NCBI GenBank assembly: GCA_964012805.1
Contig: CAXGUD010000012.1
Coordinates: 42,311-106,310 of the forward strand
DNA length: 64,000 nt
Direction of reading: 5' to 3'
Source of the DNA: an uncultured Bacteriovoracaceae bacterium
GTDB lineage: Bacteria > Bdellovibrionota > Bacteriovoracia > Bacteriovoracales > Bacteriovoracaceae
In this document: positions 31,437 through 41,375 of the stretch, piece after piece
Position numbering within the stretch: position 1 is the first letter of the stretch
How the letters are laid out: each line of letters begins with the position of its first letter
Made by a program: the position numbers and the translations under genes
The notes under the pieces: generated by a model
Told to the model about the DNA's origin: nothing
The model's input: only the letters and a program-made list of their open reading frames with translations
Database searches by the model: none

Positions 31437-31487
31437 TGGTTATGTGTGTGATATAATTCATGTATATTATTAACCAACGGAGGCTAT

Positions 31488-31631
31488 ATGAGCTTTGAAA
31501 CCATTTTGATTGTCTTATTTTTAGCAATCGCAGTTTTCATTTTTGTAGAAACATATTTCAAAGACAACAACAAAGCTGAATCCAAGGAGAAACAATATGA
31601 CCAAAGCCCAGAAAACTACAAACGGTTTTAA
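31488..31631 (+). CDS. Small single-TM protein (47 aa)
   Basis: GGAGG RBS then MSFETILIVLFLAIAVFIFVETYFKDNNKAESKEKQYDQSPENYKRF*. Confidence 0.55.
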   Translation: MSFETILIVLFLAIAVFIFVETYFKDNNKAESKEKQYDQSPENYKRF

Positions 31632-31749
31632 TCTTGAAAGCAAAGAAAAAAACCAAGACTCAATAGACAAGAAAAACAAGCAAAGAGAAAAAGCTTTAAA
31701 AGAAAAAAACCAAAAGTCTGTAGAGGAATACCAAAAAATCTATAGATGA
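31597..31749 (+). CDS. Small charged protein (50 aa)
   Basis: AAGGAG RBS then MTKAQKTTNGFNLESKEKNQDSIDKKNKQREKALKEKNQKSVEEYQKIYR*; overlaps the previous ORF. Confidence 0.5.
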   Translation: MTKAQKTTNGFNLESKEKNQDSIDKKNKQREKALKEKNQKSVEEYQKIYR

Positions 31750-31773
31750 GGGGGTTAGTCCGGGAGACTATGT

Positions 31774-32031
31774 ATGATAGTTAAGTTTAATGACTACGAG
31801 CTGATGAGAAGGGCCCTTTGGGAAATGAACAAAGAGCTACAAATATGCTCCTACAAGAAAGCTTATAGGGTAAACTATGATGTTTGTGAAATCCTTTGTG
31901 CCAGGAAAGACGTTGCTAACATCTTAATAAAGTTTGGTGGAAAAGTTTTGGAAGCTGATAGCGAGGAAGCCAATCTGTTAAATCCTTCGGAATGGTTCTC
32001 TATGTATAAAATCAATTTGCAATCTAGCTAG
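31774..32031 (+). CDS. Hypothetical protein (85 aa)
   Basis: GGGAG RBS; protein-like composition. Confidence 0.6.
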   Translation: MIVKFNDYELMRRALWEMNKELQICSYKKAYRVNYDVCEILCARKDVANILIKFGGKVLEADSEEANLLNPSEWFSMYKINLQSS

Positions 32032-32528
32032 ATATCCACCCTTGGCTTGGAAAATCATATAGAATGGTTTTCGAAGCTCGTAAAACTATTCAGGATCCAC
32101 TTGAATGAAGTTTATTTTCGAATTGATGGAGCTTTTTTACTATTCATAAAAAGGCTTCCTCTTTTCAAGTCAGCTTTTTTTTATTTTCTTTTAAGGTTGT
32201 ATTATATGCACTAAACAAGTTATCGACGATCTCTTTTTTTTCATTATCAGTAGGCTCTTTTTGCACATCCTTATCCCTTTTATTACAATTTTTTCATTCT
32301 TTATCGACATCTAAATTCCAAGCTGATTCTATCTCGAAACCATTTTTTCCGAATTTGTGCAGTATTTGGACAGTAAAAAACCGGAGTAGAGTGAGATTTA
32401 TGGAAACGTTGACATGTTCGTTTTTAAAAAAGTTGCACTTTAATTAGGTTTATAAAAAGAACAAACCTTTTTGCATAACGTTAATAATACAAATTAAACT
32501 CAACCTATAATAATTAATTTAAAAAAAC

Positions 32529-34808
32529 TTAGATAGGAAGTTTCACGGTAAATTTAGTTTCTATATCAATTTCAGATGAAACAGAAATGCTTCCTCCCAG
32601 ATTAATAACTTCTGTTAGAACAGCTTCCATACCAATCCCCCTTCCAGAAATATCGTCTACACTGTCTCTAGTTGAAAAACCGTGGCTAAAAATAAGATTA
32701 TAGACTTCTTCAATTGATAGACTATCGACTTCTGATTTGGTTTTTATTTTACTTTTTATTGCGGTCAATTTTATCTTTTCGAGATCTAGACCTTTCCCAT
32801 CATCACTAAAAATAATTAAAAAGCAATCCTTATTCTTTACCAATTGAACTTTTATAGAAGCTTCAAATGGTTTACCTTTCTTCTTCCTTTCTTCTTGGGA
32901 TTCTATTCCGTGATCAATCATATTTCTGAAAATGTGGATTAAGCTATTTATAAATTCCGCGTATTTATTATATTCAACAAGAATTTTATCTCCTGATATT
33001 TCAAACCTAATTTTCTTATCCTGTTTTGATGCGACTTGATTAATCAGAGTGTGATACTTATTTAACTTTTTTCTTATATCAACAAGAATATAATCATTAT
33101 AAACGTTTATATGAAGTTCTTCTAAAGATTGAGCGTTCACAATAAGCTCAATCATTCGATTGGCCTCTATGGCATTGCCTTCTTGGACTAGAAATTTTTT
33201 AACTGCCTGGATCATTAGATCATTTTCTTTTAATAGATCTTCAAAATTTTTACTAAAAATATTGATTGAGTGGTTAAATGCCTTTCCATCGCTTGTGTGT
33301 ATGGAATCCTCTATACTGTTTAGAATAGAAGAAAATGATCTCAATCTAAATTGACCAAATCGTGCTTTAAGTGTGTGAAATTGTCTAAAGCAAACTTCTT
33401 TGTTTTTTATAATATCTTGATTCTTATCAATTGTTTCGTAAGTATCCCTTATGAGCTCATTTAAGTCTAGGGGATTTTGAAGGCCATATTTTATAAATTG
33501 AACTTCTTCATGATCTTTTTCTTGAAGAAATTTTAATTTCTCTTGTTCCGTCTTGTCCGTTACAATTAGAATGATCTTATTCAATACGTTTTGTTTTTTT
33601 TCATTAAAAATCGGTCTAAAATTTAAATGAATAGATTTACCTTGATGGTTAATAAATTTTTTAGGTGCTAAATGTAAGACATCTTTTATTTTAAGTTTAT
33701 TACTGAAAAGGTAGCCTACCCATTTTTTTATTGCGCTAACGGTTCTCTCTTTGACTTCTTCATCTTGAATTTTTTTTGTTAGGACATCCCAAATCTTTAT
33801 TTTTTCCACTTCAGATTCGTAAAGAGAAGTTTCTAAAAGTTGTTCTACTTTTTGAGTGGCACCTTCACTTATTATTCCATCACCATTAAAAGTAAGGTAA
33901 CCTTGTTCAAGACCAGAAAGTATATTATCTCTTTCAATCTTTTTTTGATGTGAATGAATTAAAAAATCTTCAAGAGTGGCCCTTTCAAACTCAAGATCAA
34001 GGCTTGTATTCTTCATTTCTTTATGCAGGTTCATGTTATTTTTCATTAATTTCTCAATGTTCTCTTGGTATAACTTATCTTTATAAGAAAAATCTTTATT
34101 GTATTTTATGTCTTTAGATCGACTTATTTCACTTCCATTTTCACTAGATATTTTTTCAATAACACCAATATTTAGAAGTAATAAATGAAAAAAGACCAAA
34201 AGTATTATTCCAAAGGCCCCCAAAAAAGAAATAGGTATAAAAATGACTAGGGAAGTGAACATAATTTTTGCAATTTTTGTTTCTTTGGCAAGAAGGTAGG
34301 TAATATTCAAGGAGAAAATATAGGAAATCAGATAGAGAAAAATAGTTAAAGATATCCCAACTAATGAATTAAAAAAGAAAGATAAAATAAATCCAAATGC
34401 TAGGAAGAACATGAAGTGGGGAATATATCTTAAACGTATTTTTTCTGGGTCATCAGTTTTAAAAAACTCTTTTAAAAAATAGAAGAAGCATACCAAAGTT
34501 AAAAAGCTTAATATGACATACCTTTTGAAAGATATTTGATCCATATTAAATAAATTCGCTTCTTCGAATAAATTGGTTTCAAAAATTAATAAATTTGAAA
34601 GAAGGAAATATGTCAAAAATAAAAAGAAAATTTTCTTCTTCGTTTTTAGTCCAGTTAAAAAATTAAAAGTTATGAGTAAAAAGAGAAACATCGAATGAAG
34701 ACCGTGAAAAAACTGACCAGCTGGAAGTTCTCTTTGTAAAGGTGAAGCACCAAGCGGAAAACTCACCACTATTAATAAAAACAAAAAAATAGAAAAATAA
34801 ACCACCAA
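32529..34808 (-). CDS. Multi-TM sensor with Hpt and HATPase_c (CheA-like histidine kinase)
   Basis: About 7 TM; FRQFHTLKARF (Hpt); HIFRNMIDHGIE, DDGKGLD, FSHGFST, SGRGIGM. Confidence 0.88.
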   Translation of the reverse strand: MVVYFSIFLFLLIVVSFPLGASPLQRELPAGQFFHGLHSMFLFLLITFNFLTGLKTKKKIFFLFLTYFLLSNLLIFETNLFEEANLFNMDQISFKRYVILSFLTLVCFFYFLKEFFKTDDPEKIRLRYIPHFMFFLAFGFILSFFFNSLVGISLTIFLYLISYIFSLNITYLLAKETKIAKIMFTSLVIFIPISFLGAFGIILLVFFHLLLLNIGVIEKISSENGSEISRSKDIKYNKDFSYKDKLYQENIEKLMKNNMNLHKEMKNTSLDLEFERATLEDFLIHSHQKKIERDNILSGLEQGYLTFNGDGIISEGATQKVEQLLETSLYESEVEKIKIWDVLTKKIQDEEVKERTVSAIKKWVGYLFSNKLKIKDVLHLAPKKFINHQGKSIHLNFRPIFNEKKQNVLNKIILIVTDKTEQEKLKFLQEKDHEEVQFIKYGLQNPLDLNELIRDTYETIDKNQDIIKNKEVCFRQFHTLKARFGQFRLRSFSSILNSIEDSIHTSDGKAFNHSINIFSKNFEDLLKENDLMIQAVKKFLVQEGNAIEANRMIELIVNAQSLEELHINVYNDYILVDIRKKLNKYHTLINQVASKQDKKIRFEISGDKILVEYNKYAEFINSLIHIFRNMIDHGIESQEERKKKGKPFEASIKVQLVKNKDCFLIIFSDDGKGLDLEKIKLTAIKSKIKTKSEVDSLSIEEVYNLIFSHGFSTRDSVDDISGRGIGMEAVLTEVINLGGSISVSSEIDIETKFTVKLPI

Positions 34809-34843
34809 CTTTTCCTAAAAAAAGAGCGCTTTCAATGCCTAAC

Positions 34844-34870
34844 TTATCGAAAAAAGGTAGGGTAAACTTA
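34844..34870 (-). promoter_or_regulatory. Sigma28 (FliA)-like promoter
   Basis: Minus strand reads TAAG-N15-TTCGATAA, ending about 35 bp upstream of the kinase start. Confidence 0.55.
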
Positions 34871-35021
34871 AGAGAAATAGTCGGAAAACCCTATTGAGGA
34901 AGGTTTTCAAGTCAATAAATTTTATTTGCTAAGTGTCGCGTAAAAAATACCAAATATCTTCTAAGGGTTTGATAAGACCCTAAAAAAAACATATTATGCG
35001 TAGCGTCTGGTCCTTAAAGTT

Positions 35022-36905
35022 ATGGTAAAAGTCATGTTAACAAAAAGCAATTATCTTGAGAAAAGGCGGGTACTCGATAAAGATTCTTTGGCTTTTCAGC
35101 TAGGTGAGACTTTGAAGGCGCTATACCCTAATTTGCAAAGAGAACACGAAGATGTCTTTTTTGAACTGAATTTATTGTTAAATGAAATTTATCCAGAGCT
35201 TGAAAAAAGTCTTGATAGCAATCAAAAGTTTTTTGGTGGGATGCCTACCGATTGGAGTGCTTCCTCCCTTTTTGAATATTATCTCAAGAGGCGTGAACCA
35301 CTTCCTCAGCATTGCAATTATGGTTTTATATTAGAAGATTTTCTTCCAAATACATTTAACCCCCTTCTAAAGGCAGCTACTTTTGCTCTAAATCTTTATC
35401 ACTTTTTAAAAGAAAAAAAAGAAGGGAATTTTAAGAGTACTCCAACAAAGTGGGGAATGGTAGATAATACTGTTTACCAAAAGTTCATCCACCTTACGAG
35501 AAGACCCGGGATTGGTAGAGACTCTGTCGTCTATAATTCCTGGGAGGATATTCAATCAATAATTATTATTTATAATGGACACTATTTTAAAGTTCCTCTT
35601 TTTAATAAAGAATATAAGCGTGCTTATAGTGCATTAGAGTTAACCAAGTCACTTAATAAAATAGTTAATTTAAAAAAAGATAGAAAGAACTCCTTTCCTT
35701 TAGGAGTCATGACTTCGTTAAACCGTGATAAATGGGCAATTTATCAAGACTCTTTTAAAAAAATTGAGAACTTTTCTGTATTTCTAGATGAATTAGAAAA
35801 GTCACTTTTTGTCCTTTCTCTAGACTTAAATGAATTTCCATCAACTAAAAGTGATAGGGTAAGGCTTGCAATTGATGGTCGTGCAGAAAACCGCTGGTAC
35901 GATAAATCTTTAAATCTTTCCATTTCCAAGAATGGAACAATAAGTGTTAATTGTGACCATCTCATTATGGATGGTTCACCCTTTTTAGAAATGATCAATA
36001 GCGCATTCGAAGCGGGCGATTCCAATGAAACTGACCATAATCAAATGAATCATCTTTGTGAAAAGAGTGTGCCTTTTTTTGAATTAGTGTCACCTGATAT
36101 AAGTAGTAATATTTCTAAAAATGAGCAAATGGCTGTTTTAAATGAAATAAATAAAGAAAAAAATGAGATAAGCTGCACCCATTATGAGCTGTCCATAGGA
36201 ACTGATATTTTCAATAAAATGAAGCTACGTCCTGATATGTCTTTTCAGCTTTTTATTCAAATGGCCAGTTTCATTACTTTTAGTTCGATTCTCTCAACGA
36301 GTCAGGCAGTTGAAACGAGAAATTTTGAATACGGGCGTTATGACACCATCCTTTCAAATTCAAATTATATTCAAAGATTAACAAACCTTTTTGAAAATTC
36401 TTATGACCAGGAAAGTGCAAGGCCTTTCATATCACTTTTTAAAGCAATGGTTGAAAATCAAAAAAATAAAATCGTAAGCTGTAAAAACGGTGAGGCCATG
36501 ATAACCTATTTAGACGCCCTTTTGGTTTTGGACTTACCCTTAGAAAACCCAAAAAGAAAATCTTTAGACCGTTTTAAGTTTCTTTTCGAAACAAATCCAA
36601 TTTTAAAAGGTCTGATGGACCCCTATATATCAACTTCAGGAATACCTCATGTAAGGTCAATTGATACTTTTGCTTTCACTGATTTTGGAAAGGATAAATT
36701 GGGTCTTGGTTATATTATAGGACCCAAAAAAGTCATTCTTGGAGAATATCGACTTGGAGATTTTAAAATTAAAAAAGATAATTTTATAAAAAATCTTAAG
36801 GCAATTATTAAAAAATTTATTTTACTCCATAAAGACCATGAAATAGAAGTCGAAGATGGTAAAATTTCAAATCATGGAGAGGAATTTTTGAAGGAAGTAA
36901 GGTGA
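35022..36905 (+). CDS. Choline/carnitine O-acyltransferase family protein
   Basis: YLKRREPLP, RRPG...D, GVMTSLNRDKW, FVLSLD, ENRWYDKSL..NG...NCDHLIMDG (catalytic His), PDMSFQLFIQMA, TRNFEYGRYDTI, STS motif. Confidence 0.88.
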   Translation: MVKVMLTKSNYLEKRRVLDKDSLAFQLGETLKALYPNLQREHEDVFFELNLLLNEIYPELEKSLDSNQKFFGGMPTDWSASSLFEYYLKRREPLPQHCNYGFILEDFLPNTFNPLLKAATFALNLYHFLKEKKEGNFKSTPTKWGMVDNTVYQKFIHLTRRPGIGRDSVVYNSWEDIQSIIIIYNGHYFKVPLFNKEYKRAYSALELTKSLNKIVNLKKDRKNSFPLGVMTSLNRDKWAIYQDSFKKIENFSVFLDELEKSLFVLSLDLNEFPSTKSDRVRLAIDGRAENRWYDKSLNLSISKNGTISVNCDHLIMDGSPFLEMINSAFEAGDSNETDHNQMNHLCEKSVPFFELVSPDISSNISKNEQMAVLNEINKEKNEISCTHYELSIGTDIFNKMKLRPDMSFQLFIQMASFITFSSILSTSQAVETRNFEYGRYDTILSNSNYIQRLTNLFENSYDQESARPFISLFKAMVENQKNKIVSCKNGEAMITYLDALLVLDLPLENPKRKSLDRFKFLFETNPILKGLMDPYISTSGIPHVRSIDTFAFTDFGKDKLGLGYIIGPKKVILGEYRLGDFKIKKDNFIKNLKAIIKKFILLHKDHEIEVEDGKISNHGEEFLKEVR

Positions 36906-36906
36906 A

Positions 36907-37233
36907 ATGATGGGTTGGATTTATTTATTGAGTGCAATTTTATTGGAAGTTTCAGGTACTATGTCTATGAAATTGTCAGAAGGACTCACAAAAACAATTC
37001 CCTCTATTTTAATATTTATTTTTTATGGTCTATCCCTGTCTCTTTTGACTTTGGCCTTAAAATTCATTCCCGTAAGTATTGCTTACGCTATATGGTCTGG
37101 GATAGGCACGGCCCTCATTGCTATTATTGGTTTTACCTTTTTTGATGAAAGTTTTAGCGCTTTAAAATGGCTTGGAATTGGTCTCATTATAATAGGGGTT
37201 GTCTTGATAAATTTAAAAGGTACGGCCCATTAA
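36907..37233 (+). CDS. SMR family (QacE/EmrE-like) small multidrug / quaternary-ammonium exporter
   Basis: 108 aa, 4 TM, conserved TM1 Glu (AILLEVSGT..MKLSEG), IPVSIAYAIWSGIGT. Confidence 0.93.
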   Translation: MMGWIYLLSAILLEVSGTMSMKLSEGLTKTIPSILIFIFYGLSLSLLTLALKFIPVSIAYAIWSGIGTALIAIIGFTFFDESFSALKWLGIGLIIIGVVLINLKGTAH

Positions 37234-37247
37234 ATTTAGGTTTTTTT

Positions 37248-38195
37248 TTAAAGGTCTATTCTTTTCGGTGGCGACTGTTTTCTAGAGAGTCTTTTGTGGA
37301 GCCGGTCACAAGGGAAGTTTTCTATAACGGTCATATTTTCTTGATGGTATCCACCTTTTTTTTCAGCATTTTTGTAATCTGTATGACATTTATATTCTTT
37401 ATCGACAACTTCTTTTACGAATTTTTTGTTTTGTGATTTATTTTTTGGGCCATTTAAGCACTTTTGCATAACTCCAAAAACAATCCCTGTCCTGTGCATT
37501 CCTCCATAGCAGTGAATAAGGGCATTTCCAGGAACTGATTCGATTTGAGCGATAATAGAAATGACGTCCTTATAAATACTTTCAGCGCTCCTTTCTTCTA
37601 AGTCATAATCAAAGTCCTTAATTTGAGTATAAGTGCCAAAACTGCCTTGTTTATCTTTTGTAGACCTAAGAAAATTAGTCTTTTCCCAATAGCTTAAAAC
37701 GTATTTAGTTTTAAAGCTTCCATCATAAAGGTTTACAATCTGCCTTATATTGGCTTTTTCAATTAAATGTTGGAGGCATTGACGAGCCTTTCCTTTAGCT
37801 TGTCCTTCAGGAAAGGACCCTTTTTTTATTTTTTCATAGGGTATTTTTCCTGAAAAGATTTTTCCGCTTAGAAATGATGACCGGTAAACAGTTTTAACTC
37901 CAGAAGGGAAACGGAATTTGGCGGCTCCCATGTTCGATGTTTCAGCAACATTTACAACCACAAGCCTTTCAAACTCACCGAAATTTGTCTTTCGAAGTTT
38001 TCCAAATGAGTAACTCCAGTGGACGTCATCATTGCACATAGGAGGCTTAACGATTGCAATATCTTTTTCCTTTTTTCCTTTTTGTTTCCAGTATTTGTAT
38101 GAAATCTTAGAGCAGTTAAAGGTTTCCGCGTAGGAAAACCTAAAAACTGATAAAAAACAAAAAAGGAAAAGGCAAAGTTGTTTGAGAAAAACCAA
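37248..38195 (-). CDS. Secreted protein-tyrosine / dual-specificity phosphatase-fold protein
   Basis: CX5R loop LIHCYGGMHRTG, VYRSS, IRQIVNL; signal peptide. Confidence 0.8.
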   Translation of the reverse strand: MVFLKQLCLFLFCFLSVFRFSYAETFNCSKISYKYWKQKGKKEKDIAIVKPPMCNDDVHWSYSFGKLRKTNFGEFERLVVVNVAETSNMGAAKFRFPSGVKTVYRSSFLSGKIFSGKIPYEKIKKGSFPEGQAKGKARQCLQHLIEKANIRQIVNLYDGSFKTKYVLSYWEKTNFLRSTKDKQGSFGTYTQIKDFDYDLEERSAESIYKDVISIIAQIESVPGNALIHCYGGMHRTGIVFGVMQKCLNGPKNKSQNKKFVKEVVDKEYKCHTDYKNAEKKGGYHQENMTVIENFPCDRLHKRLSRKQSPPKRIDL

Positions 38196-38320
38196 GGGGG
38201 CAACCTCCTAAAAGATAATGAATTTAGAGTACCTAATAAATATAACTCATTATAGCGAAAAGGTGAGAGTAAATTCTTAGTCTATTTAAATCAATTTTTC
38301 CCTATTATTTCTTAATTTCC

Positions 38321-38794
38321 TTAATTTTTGCGAAGGTGTTTTTCTTCAACTAAAAAAGGATCTGTATTACTTTTTGATTCCGGACCTGGTTCCAAAAAGT
38401 ACTTTTCGAATAGGCCTTCGGGCCATTTCGTGGGCTTTTGAGTTTCTTTATCCAAGCAAACAAGATTCATTTTGCAGGTTGAGAGGAGCCCTCCTTCATG
38501 GGTCTCCATTGTGCATGATGCCACAGCAGTGAGGCTTTTTAGCTGAGAAATGAATGAGGTAATTGAAAAAGGGCAGTCACCATAAATAGGTTTTATATAC
38601 TCGATTTCTGTTTTCCGGATGACAAAAGCAATCGGAAGCTCCAAGATTTTTTGTAAGTCGAGGTCATTCTCCCTCATTCCATGAAAGCGGTGGTTTAGGA
38701 AGTACTTCAAGTAATGTTCTGAATTCATATGGCCGTAGAGGTCTAACTCGGAAAAGTGAGCGCGGTGAACGGAATGAAAAATTTTTGGTACCAT
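38321..38794 (-). CDS. Acyl-CoA thioesterase (4HBT/YbgC hotdog family)
   Basis: FSELDLYGHMNSEHYLKYF, IEYIKPI. Confidence 0.88.
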   Translation of the reverse strand: MVPKIFHSVHRAHFSELDLYGHMNSEHYLKYFLNHRFHGMRENDLDLQKILELPIAFVIRKTEIEYIKPIYGDCPFSITSFISQLKSLTAVASCTMETHEGGLLSTCKMNLVCLDKETQKPTKWPEGLFEKYFLEPGPESKSNTDPFLVEEKHLRKN

Positions 38795-38988
38795 GGAATT
38801 AACCCCTTCCTAAAAAGGTAAAAAAAGGATACTTGATCAATTAGATTATGTCCATGAGTGTAAAGGGAATAAGGAACACTACCTGGGCGGAAATTTATTG
38901 GGCTTGGTTAAAGGCCTTTAAACTTGAAACTTGAATAGCCGAAAGGCAATCTATTGAATGCTAGCTGATAATTAAAGGAGATAAAATA

Positions 38989-39117
38989 GTGAATTACTCA
39001 AACGATGGCCATGAATTAGAAAAAGGCCCATTGGACTTAGAGTCTGAAGACAAGAGCGAAGATAAAAAGTTTAGCAATAACTCATATGAGGAACTTATTC
39101 TAGGACCTTTTCTTTAA
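38989..39117 (+). CDS. Possible small acidic protein (42 aa)
   Basis: AAGGAG RBS then GTG start: MNYSNDGHELEKGPLDLESEDKSEDKKFSNNSYEELILGPFL*. Confidence 0.35.
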   Translation: MNYSNDGHELEKGPLDLESEDKSEDKKFSNNSYEELILGPFL

Positions 39118-39430
39118 AATAAAGTTTGAATTTCTTAGAGGGGAAGATAGTGAAGCCTTTCCGCGTCGAGCAAGGATTCACCCTATATAAAGATCTTTTT
39201 TGAACTTAGTAAGTTGGATTATCTAAACTACAAACCTAAAAAGTTGGCAATTCAATAAAGAGACTTTAAATAAATAAACCTGTCAAACTCTTCTTTAATA
39301 AACCGCAAAAACCGTAATTTCGAGCATTTAATCATTCTTTGAGAAAGTCTAAAGCACGGCCTTTGTAAAGAATCTTTTTCTAAGCCTTGAAAGAAAGTAA
39401 AATGCAGAAGCTGTAAATAACTCAATAAGT

Positions 39431-39616
39431 GTGGCCCGAATGGATTGGAGTTTTGAAATTATTAAAAACATCTTTTTGGTTTTTACGATAGCTGCTTTTT
39501 TCTATTTGATCCTTCGTATTTTTATAAGCAGAGTTGGAGGAACATTTTTTTGGTGGCACTACCCTATAATTATTCTTTATTTTATAATATCTTTGACAGT
39601 TCCGATTTTAGCTTAA
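39431..39616 (+). CDS. Small 2-TM hypothetical protein
   Basis: Two hydrophobic segments in 61 aa. Confidence 0.45.
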   Translation: MARMDWSFEIIKNIFLVFTIAAFFYLILRIFISRVGGTFFWWHYPIIILYFIISLTVPILA

Positions 39617-39713
39617 CTTTAATATATACAATTTAAAATCATTTAATTGATATTACTTTTAAATTTGTTTTAAGAACCCTCCTTGTAAATGATTTAAAAA
39701 AATGTCCCACTTA

Positions 39714-40118
39714 TTAATGGTGCATTTTTGAGTTTCTCTTTGACTTCATCTTATTAGGTAAAACTGTATAAGAGGCAGTTCCTTTTACTTTTAGCCTTTT
39801 AGCATAAACTCTTAGGCTCATACCCTTTTTTAAAACTTCATCAGTCTTACAGATAAAAAATGAATTTTTCGATTTGCAAGTGACTTTATTACTTTTATTG
39901 ATAGAATAATTAACAAAAGAGTTTTTCGTGGTAGGGTTTTTAAAATTTATATCTAACAGATATACTTTAAAACTTTTGTGATTTTTATTTATGATAAGCT
40001 CAGTGTGAAACATACCTGGCATTTTTATTTTGCCACCATGTGGTCCAGGTCTTTTTCCTCCATGAGCAAATAAATTGATACTTGTAAAAAAACTAATCAC
40101 AATTATAAATTTTTTCAT
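39714..40118 (-). CDS. Secreted hypothetical protein with HGG..GPHGG motif (possibly metal-binding)
   Basis: Signal peptide ending LFA, then HGGKRPGPHGGKIKMPGMFHTEL and KVYLLD. Confidence 0.65.
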   Translation of the reverse strand: MKKFIIVISFFTSINLFAHGGKRPGPHGGKIKMPGMFHTELIINKNHKSFKVYLLDINFKNPTTKNSFVNYSINKSNKVTCKSKNSFFICKTDEVLKKGMSLRVYAKRLKVKGTASYTVLPNKMKSKRNSKMHH

Positions 40119-40564
40119 TATTTTTAACCCCAATTTAATTTAAAATATCGACTTATAGTTTTTATCATAAATAAATTATATATCGGTTTTAAAACTCATT
40201 CATAAACACTATTTAGAAAATAGATAAAGTTGGGAAGATTAGTCATATTTTAAATATCTTAAATAGTGGTCGCAATTTTTAATTCCGATTAGAAAGATAT
40301 AGTAAAGATAAGTTTTAAAAAAATGCTAATGGTTTCTATATTATTAACGAGGATGACGATCAAGGTATAGATATTGAAATAACTCTAAATAAGATGATAG
40401 AAAATAAAATTAAGTCAAATGGAGCGGTTAAAAAAAATTTGGACAAGGGTTTATTAGGCATGATTTTTTATTCTGGTTTTATTTTGGAGGTAAAATTTCT
40501 TTTGACTCAATTTTCAAAAAATTCGATTTTAGATATTTTTTAAAGAGTAGGTTGAAAAGAGTAT

Positions 40565-41062
40565 TTAGATGGCCATTTTATTTTCTCTGTAAGAATTCCA
40601 TATTTTTTCTTCTATTTTTTTGACTTTTAGAGAACTCTGTTCTTCATATTTATCACCTTCTTTAATAAATTGGTTGGGAATATCAAGTAAGGCATAAGCA
40701 TCCAAACGATATAGTAAGCCTTCAGATTTTTTGTGAGCGAGAGAGTATTTTACTTTGCTCAAATAAATTTTAACAGCTCCTTTAATTTCGGCTTCTGAAG
40801 AGAAAACATCAAACTGATATCTTTCACAATCATCAGCTTCGTAAAATATCTCTTTATCACTTATTTTCTTTAGAACCTGTAAGTGGTAGTTAAAGTTCTC
40901 CTCAGATTGAAAAATGACTTTGGATAGGTTAACCATAATAGATTTTTTGTCAGTAAAATCACACCACTCTACGAATGGTGATTCCTCGCCTGACCAGTAC
41001 AACCTTTTTTTCATCAGGTTTAGGAGTAGGTTTTCGATATAACTTAGAAACTTTTCGCTCAA
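40565..41062 (-). CDS. Hypothetical protein
   Basis: 165-aa ORF, TTG start after GGAG. Confidence 0.55.
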   Translation of the reverse strand: MSEKFLSYIENLLLNLMKKRLYWSGEESPFVEWCDFTDKKSIMVNLSKVIFQSEENFNYHLQVLKKISDKEIFYEADDCERYQFDVFSSEAEIKGAVKIYLSKVKYSLAHKKSEGLLYRLDAYALLDIPNQFIKEGDKYEEQSSLKVKKIEEKIWNSYRENKMAI

Positions 41063-41375
41063 GGCATACTCCGAACTTCTAATTTAACTTTAATGATAAT
41101 TTATTATTAAGAGTTATCGTAATTTTTTCAAAACTTTTGCCCTAAAAAATAAAAATAATGAAATAATTAAAATAAAAACTATTGACTTCTTATCAAATTG
41201 AATCGTTACAGTTGAAGAAAATTTGTAAGAACTAGAAGAAATTGAATAAACATTTGCCTTATTCGAGCTCATTTTTAACCTTTATTATTAATATATTCAA
41301 TAAATTAGAGAAAAATGTAATTAAAAAGCCGATAGGTCTTAAAAAAATTTAAAATTGAAAAATACAGAGTGTTGA

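Noticed and set aside
39147..39186. Imperfect GC-richer hairpin as a possible ncRNA
   Set aside because: Too short and irregular; no tRNA or known RNA family features.
40394..40543. 49-codon plus-strand ORF MIENKIKSNG...
   Set aside because: No convincing RBS or motifs; short ORFs like this can arise by chance.
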